From Calditrichaceae bacterium (lineage in GTDB: Bacteria > Calditrichota > Calditrichia > Calditrichales > JBFXGD01): a stretch of DNA of 32,628 nucleotides. The stretch spans positions 1 to 32,628 of the forward strand of contig JBFXGD010000022.1 of assembly GCA_050178385.1 (NCBI GenBank), written 5' to 3'. The stretch's first letter is position 1. Every line of letters begins with the position of its first letter. Below the pieces are notes generated by a model. That model did not search any database and was not told the origin of the DNA. It saw only the letters and a list, made by a program, of their open reading frames with translations. Below are positions 28,031 to 32,628 of the stretch, piece by piece. The position numbers were made by a program, and so were the translations under genes.

Positions 28031-28369
28031 CTATTTCCCTTTACGCGCAAACAGTTTGTTAGCAAGCTGGAGTAAAATTGAGATCGCTTGCGCTATGTGT
28101 TGCAGCGGGACCTTGATTTCTTTTACCACAAGCTCTTCAATTTCAGCAAGATCACTTACAGCACTCTCTACCTTTACCGATGCTGCGCTTAATGATTTGG
28201 CAATCTCTGAAACACTGGACATCACTTCCGGTAAATCTTTGTTTACTACATCAAGTGTTCCATTGACGTTTTTCAAGAATTGTTTCAACTGAATAATTGT
28301 CGGGATCAGCAAAAACACTAAAACAGTTAAAGAAAGCAGTAATATAACAAGAGCTATTTCCCAAACCAT
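28031..28369 (-). CDS. DUF948/YoxC-like membrane-anchored coiled-coil protein
   Basis: N-terminal TM helix, then amphipathic helices; GGAGA RBS; downstream of a YtxH-like gene. Confidence 0.75.
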   Translation of the reverse strand: MVWEIALVILLLSLTVLVFLLIPTIIQLKQFLKNVNGTLDVVNKDLPEVMSSVSEIAKSLSAASVKVESAVSDLAEIEELVVKEIKVPLQHIAQAISILLQLANKLFARKGK

Positions 28370-28457
28370 ACTTATCTCCAGAATATTTAAGTTCGGTTGT
28401 CAAATAAAAAAATCAACCGGGGAACAATTTCGTTTTGAAATCCGCTTCGCTTAACTT

Positions 28458-28805
28458 CTACTTCTTTGTCTTTTTCGTTGTTTTGCTCTGGGCTTTTTCT
28501 TCCTGCTGTTCATCATCAATTGAATTGAGTTCAGAGTCAAAATCTCTTTCTTCTATCGTCTCTGACTGCTCTAATTTAGCTTTGCCCTTTTTGATTGACT
28601 CTGAGATTTTATCTTTAAGATCATTGAGTTCGTTTTTGATCTTATCCAGTTCGCTCTGAGCTTTTTCGAGAAGATCGTCACTTTCGTGTTTGAGATCGTC
28701 CCGAGTGTCTTTTCCGCTTTTGGGTGCAAATAATACACCGGCGATCATTCCAATCGCGCTTCCCAAAAGAAATCCCTTAAAAAATTTACTTTCATTTGAT
28801 GACAT
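28458..28805 (-). CDS. YtxH-domain protein
   Basis: ATG at 28805 follows GGGAGG; FLLGSAIGMIAGVLFAPKSGKDTR signature. Confidence 0.9.
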   Translation of the reverse strand: MSSNESKFFKGFLLGSAIGMIAGVLFAPKSGKDTRDDLKHESDDLLEKAQSELDKIKNELNDLKDKISESIKKGKAKLEQSETIEERDFDSELNSIDDEQQEEKAQSKTTKKTKK

Positions 28806-29074
28806 AAAAACCTCCCATAAAAATATAAAATTATGCTTTATGCATCTTACGGCTATATATGCATTTGAACTTATCAATGGACAGAATAGATCAAAAGTAG
28901 TATGCTTATTTCAAATTAATGAATAAATTCTCTATTTTCAATGAGTAAAGTCATAAGTTTGGCCATGATGGCGTGACTGACGTAAGATACGATGCGTAAT
29001 TTTTATAAATAAATGCGTTTTAATCTAATGTATTCGTTCTTCTCTGACTTTTTAGTCATCTATATAAAATATGT

Positions 29075-29103
29075 TTGACATCGTTTTAAGGAAACATTAT
29101 ATT
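29075..29103 (+). promoter_or_regulatory. Sigma70-type promoter for rpoZ
   Basis: TTGACA, 17 nt spacer, TATATT. Confidence 0.65.
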
Positions 29104-29136
29104 TAACGGTTTAGTCTATTTATAACGGAGGCATTG

Positions 29137-29442
29137 ATGGCAATTCAAACTCTCGATATGCGACTGTTGCGTGAGCAAAAGCTCAATGTATATGAGATGT
29201 GTTTATTAATAGCCGCGCGCGCAAGGCAAATCAACGCGGAGAGAATTCAGCATAAAAAAGAAAATGATATGATGGATGACGTGGATCTTTATGATGAAGC
29301 GGATATCTACGATCGTGAGCTCATGGAGGATATGAAATTTGAACGGGAAATAAATCCTACCGTCATTGCTCAGGATGAATTTTTTAACAGCAAGCTGAAA
29401 GCTTATTATGCTCTTAAGGAAGAAGAAACATTAGAAAAGTAA
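29137..29442 (+). CDS. rpoZ: RNA polymerase omega subunit (FCB-type)
   Basis: NVYE...IAARARQIN...NPTVIAQDEF; GGAGG RBS before the ATG at 29137. Confidence 0.8.
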   Translation: MAIQTLDMRLLREQKLNVYEMCLLIAARARQINAERIQHKKENDMMDDVDLYDEADIYDRELMEDMKFEREINPTVIAQDEFFNSKLKAYYALKEEETLEK

Positions 29443-29468
29443 AACCCTCATATTGAGGGTTTTTTTTT
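29441..29468 (+). terminator. Intrinsic terminator after rpoZ
   Basis: AAAACCCTCA-TAT-TGAGGGTTTTTTTTT. Confidence 0.85.
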
Positions 29469-29501
29469 ACCCTTTTCCCACTAATTTCTTATCTTATCCA
29501 T

Positions 29502-31079
29502 ATGAAATTCAAACTATTTTACAATGCGGTAATATACAGTCTGGAAAGTGAACAGGTTTTTGACTGGATCCTCATCGTTGGTGAGAGGATTGCTGCTATG
29601 GGGCACAAGAGTGATCAGCCCGATATTGGCGATTCCCTTATGGAAAAAATTGATCTGAACGGAAGAACGGTAATTCCTTCTTTTACAGACGCGCACACGC
29701 ATTTTGCCGCTACGGCCTTGTATGAGGGGCAGATCTCGCTTCATAATGCTGAATCACTCGATGATGTGATCAAAATATTGACCGAAAAAAAGAACAGATT
29801 TTTGCCGGGTGAATGGGTCACCGGGGGCGGATACGACCGTAATTTGTGGAAAGACGGTCAACCGCACAAAAAATATCTTGATAAAATCTTTCCGGTCAAT
29901 CCTGTCGCCCTCGACTCAAAAGACGGGCATGCGCTATGGGTAAATACAGAAGCCTTGAAGCGCGCGGGTATACGATCCGACTCGACCAATCCTCAGGGTG
30001 GGAGGATTGCGCGCGATATGGACGGTCGGTTAAGCGGTGTTTTGTATGAATCGGCAATGGGACCTGTAAAAAAACTTAACGATGAAACAATGCGGGATAA
30101 TTTGAGCGGGTATATTGAAAATTTATATCCGAAATTTCACCGTCTGGGCATCACATCGGTACATACCATGGAATCCTGGAAGGATTTGAATACTTTTCAG
30201 ATGCTGTACAAATCCGGAAAATTAAAAATGCGGATAAATATGTATCTGCCTCAGGAAAATATGGAAAAACTGATAGCGGCCGGAATCAGGTCCGGATTTG
30301 GAAATGAATGGATTCGTGTGGCCGGAGTTAAGTTTTTTGTTGACGGATCCCTGGGATCTCAGACGGCGGAGATGACACAGCCTTATGAAAATTCTGAAAA
30401 TTATTTTGGAATTGGGGTGATGTCAGAAAACGATCTGATAGAGAGAATTGAGCTTGCCACACAGAACGGACTGGCCTGCGCGGTTCACGCCATCGGCGAC
30501 AGAGCGGTAAATAAAGCTCTCAATGCTTTTGAAAAATCATATTTGTGGCAGGAAAAATTCAAGCTAAAAAATCGCATTGAACACGCGCAGCTCATTTTAC
30601 CGGCTGATATTAAAAGGCTGGCTAAACTGAAGATCATCGCTTCCATGCAGCCGCTTCATATTGCAGATGATGTGAAAATAGCAGAATTGCATTGGGGCGC
30701 CAGGAGCCGGTTTGCCTATCCGATGAGAGAACTATCCGACGCGGGCGTTATTCTGGCATTTGGCAGTGATGTTCCCGTTGCCGATCCTGACCCGTTTAAG
30801 GGCATATATTCAGCTGTTTTAAGAAAATACCGTGTAAATCCGAAAGCAGAAAGCTGGTATCCGGAACGCGCTGTAACATTACGGGAGGCGATTTCTGCCT
30901 ATACGGCCGGCGCCGCTACGGCCTCGGATGAGTTAAAAATCAAAGGAATGCTCGCGCCCGGCAAACTTGCTGATTTTATTGTACTTAGTAAAGATGTTTT
31001 TAAGATTCCGGTTGAAGAAATCCTTGATGTAAGGGTCGAACTGACCGTGCTGGGCGGGGATGTTGTCTTTGAAAATTAA
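29502..31079 (+). CDS. Amidohydrolase 3 family (YtcJ-like)
   Basis: PSFTDAHTH, KFFVDGSLGS, HAIGD, RIEHAQ, FGSD.P, GKLADF. Confidence 0.92.
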   Translation: MKFKLFYNAVIYSLESEQVFDWILIVGERIAAMGHKSDQPDIGDSLMEKIDLNGRTVIPSFTDAHTHFAATALYEGQISLHNAESLDDVIKILTEKKNRFLPGEWVTGGGYDRNLWKDGQPHKKYLDKIFPVNPVALDSKDGHALWVNTEALKRAGIRSDSTNPQGGRIARDMDGRLSGVLYESAMGPVKKLNDETMRDNLSGYIENLYPKFHRLGITSVHTMESWKDLNTFQMLYKSGKLKMRINMYLPQENMEKLIAAGIRSGFGNEWIRVAGVKFFVDGSLGSQTAEMTQPYENSENYFGIGVMSENDLIERIELATQNGLACAVHAIGDRAVNKALNAFEKSYLWQEKFKLKNRIEHAQLILPADIKRLAKLKIIASMQPLHIADDVKIAELHWGARSRFAYPMRELSDAGVILAFGSDVPVADPDPFKGIYSAVLRKYRVNPKAESWYPERAVTLREAISAYTAGAATASDELKIKGMLAPGKLADFIVLSKDVFKIPVEEILDVRVELTVLGGDVVFEN

Positions 31080-31221
31080 AACATCTGACACATTCAAGGC
31101 AAATAGTTTAGACAAATGAGCATGAACAAATCAAAATACTGTTGACTCATAACTATTTATAATTTAACTTGTTACTTAAAGTTCTTTAATTATCCAACCT
31201 ATTTATTTGAGGGGCATTTCA

Positions 31222-31563
31222 ATGAAAATTAAAGAAAAAATAGAAAATCACGTCGCGATTTTAACCCTTTCAGGTAAAATGATGGGCGGGCCAGAGACTA
31301 CAGCTGTTCATGAGCATGTAAGAGGCTTGCTTGTTGATGGTGTTAAAAATGTTGTGATCGATCTTGGCGAAGTTAAATGGATGAACAGTTCTGGAATGGG
31401 TGTTCTGATGGCCTGCACAACTACGCTCTCTAATGCGGATGGAAAGCTGGTACTGGCGCGCGTTACAGAAAAAGTAAAAAGTTTATTGATAATTACGCAG
31501 TTAATTAAAATTTTCGAGACGTTCGAAACCGTAGAACGCGCTGTTTCCTCATTTAATAATTAG
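31222..31563 (+). CDS. STAS-domain anti-sigma-factor antagonist
   Basis: ATG at 31222 follows GAGGGG; VVIDLGEVKWMNSSGMG, with the phosphorylatable Ser. Confidence 0.9.
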   Translation: MKIKEKIENHVAILTLSGKMMGGPETTAVHEHVRGLLVDGVKNVVIDLGEVKWMNSSGMGVLMACTTTLSNADGKLVLARVTEKVKSLLIITQLIKIFETFETVERAVSSFNN

Positions 31564-31597
31564 TTGTAACTGATATAACACCATCTGTTTAAAATGC

Positions 31598-31636
31598 CGG
31601 GACTGGCAGTTTAATGCTGCTCAGTCTCTTTTTTTT
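31598..31636 (+). terminator. Intrinsic terminator after the STAS gene
   Basis: GGGACTGGCAG-loop-CTGCTCAGTCTC followed by a T-run. Confidence 0.7.
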
Positions 31637-31760
31637 AAGAAATGAAACATTCTCTTTCATCACAGACCGCTGCCCTGTCTTTCATATTTTCCAACTTGAT
31701 TTATTCAATAGTCGGCATCTATATTACAAAATCCAATTAAACCTTTGAACGGGAGTCATC

Positions 31761-32628
31761 GTGAAATTCAACGAAGCTGAAGTCATCGAAAAAATTTCTA
31801 TTCTGGAAAAACAACTTCAAAGAAAAACCACAGAATTGGATTCCATGCGCCGGATAGGTATCGCTCTCAGTTCGGAGCTCAATATCGAGAGGCTTCTTGT
31901 CATTGTTATGGATGTTGTAAACGAGTTAATGAATTCTGAACGGAGCAGTTTCTATATTGTTGATGATGAACGGGGGGAGTTGTGGTCCAAGATTGCTCAA
32001 AAGGCGGAAGTCACCGAAATCCGGTTGAAAATAGGTACGGGTATAGCCGGACACGTAGCCAAAACCGGTGAAGTGATCAATATTCCTGATGCATATAAAG
32101 ACAGCCGGTTCGATCCCAGTACTGATAAAAGAACCGGCTATCAGACACATAGTATATTATGTATGCCGATCTTTGAATCTTTAAAAGATGAGGCCAGGAA
32201 GCCAAAAATAGTTGGCGTGCTTCAGATTTTAAACAAAAAAGAAGGAGTGTTTGATTCATCCGATGAGGCTCTTCTTGCCGGTCTCGCGTCGCAAATTGCT
32301 ATTTCCATAAATAATTCCCGCCTGTATAACATTCTTGAAAAAAAGGTCAATGAACTCAATTTGCTCTACGACATTGAGTTGGAAGTCGGTAAGGCGTATG
32401 ATCTTGATGAATTGTTGAACAAGCTTATAACCAAGATTACAGGTACATTAAAGGTTGAGGCGGCTTTACTCACTATGTATGATCATCATACCCGTGAATT
32501 TTCAAATCGGGTTGGAAAAAATATCGATCTGCAAAAACTGGCGGATGCGGGAATTTCACCTGACGCGTCTATTGCCGGTGAAGTCATCCGGAGCGGAACC
32601 GCTTATTTTACCAATAACGCGTTAAGTG
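31761..32628 (+). CDS. Tandem-GAF signalling protein, N-terminal part (runs off the window; absent from the ORF track)
   Basis: GTG at 31761 follows GGGAG. Manual translation: MKFNEAEVIEK...GTGIAGHVAKTGEVINIPDAYKDSRFDPSTDKRTGYQTHSILCMP...VGVLQILNKKEGVFDSSDE; no stop codon before the window end. Confidence 0.88.
   Translation, partial: MKFNEAEVIEKISILEKQLQRKTTELDSMRRIGIALSSELNIERLLVIVMDVVNELMNSERSSFYIVDDERGELWSKIAQKAEVTEIRLKIGTGIAGHVAKTGEVINIPDAYKDSRFDPSTDKRTGYQTHSILCMPIFESLKDEARKPKIVGVLQILNKKEGVFDSSDEALLAGLASQIAISINNSRLYNILEKKVNELNLLYDIELEVGKAYDLDELLNKLITKITGTLKVEAALLTMYDHHTREFSNRVGKNIDLQKLADAGISPDASIAGEVIRSGTAYFTNNALS

Noticed and set aside
4289..32259. Many short antisense or alternate-frame ORFs in the ORF track
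   Set aside because: They overlap well-supported genes and have no motifs; treated as shadow ORFs.

Overview
Bacterial chromosomal window. Gene content and order (porX-tsaE synteny, FCB-type rpoZ, orphan GroES, NSSG-type STAS protein) suggest an FCB-group organism such as Calditrichaeota; this is inference, not a search result. Positions 3.4-32.6 kb are mostly housekeeping genes: Fe/Mn SOD, amidase, GroES-like protein, metallophosphoesterase, K+ channel, pckA, divergent ychF, crcB-DUF190-rlmB, a long porX-tsaE-tsaB-rimI-accD-surE-guaA-glmS run, an LpoA-like/pgeF/epimerase cluster, ilvE, DUF948/YtxH, rpoZ, an amidohydrolase, a STAS protein and a GAF protein cut off by the window end. The first 3.3 kb is different. 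Three AT-rich genes for exported proteins lie between two copies of a composite non-coding direct repeat. The right-hand copy sits inside a five-level nested inverted-repeat structure made of heptamer tracts, REP-like GTAG palindromes and MITE-like ends, and no transposase or integrase gene is in the window. Other items to check: a YchF lacking its G3 aspartate, an IscR-like palindrome over a promoter that precedes a possible Ile/Leu-rich leader ORF and ilvE, and mutually exclusive hairpins upstream of porX. No rRNA, tRNA or CRISPR array was seen.
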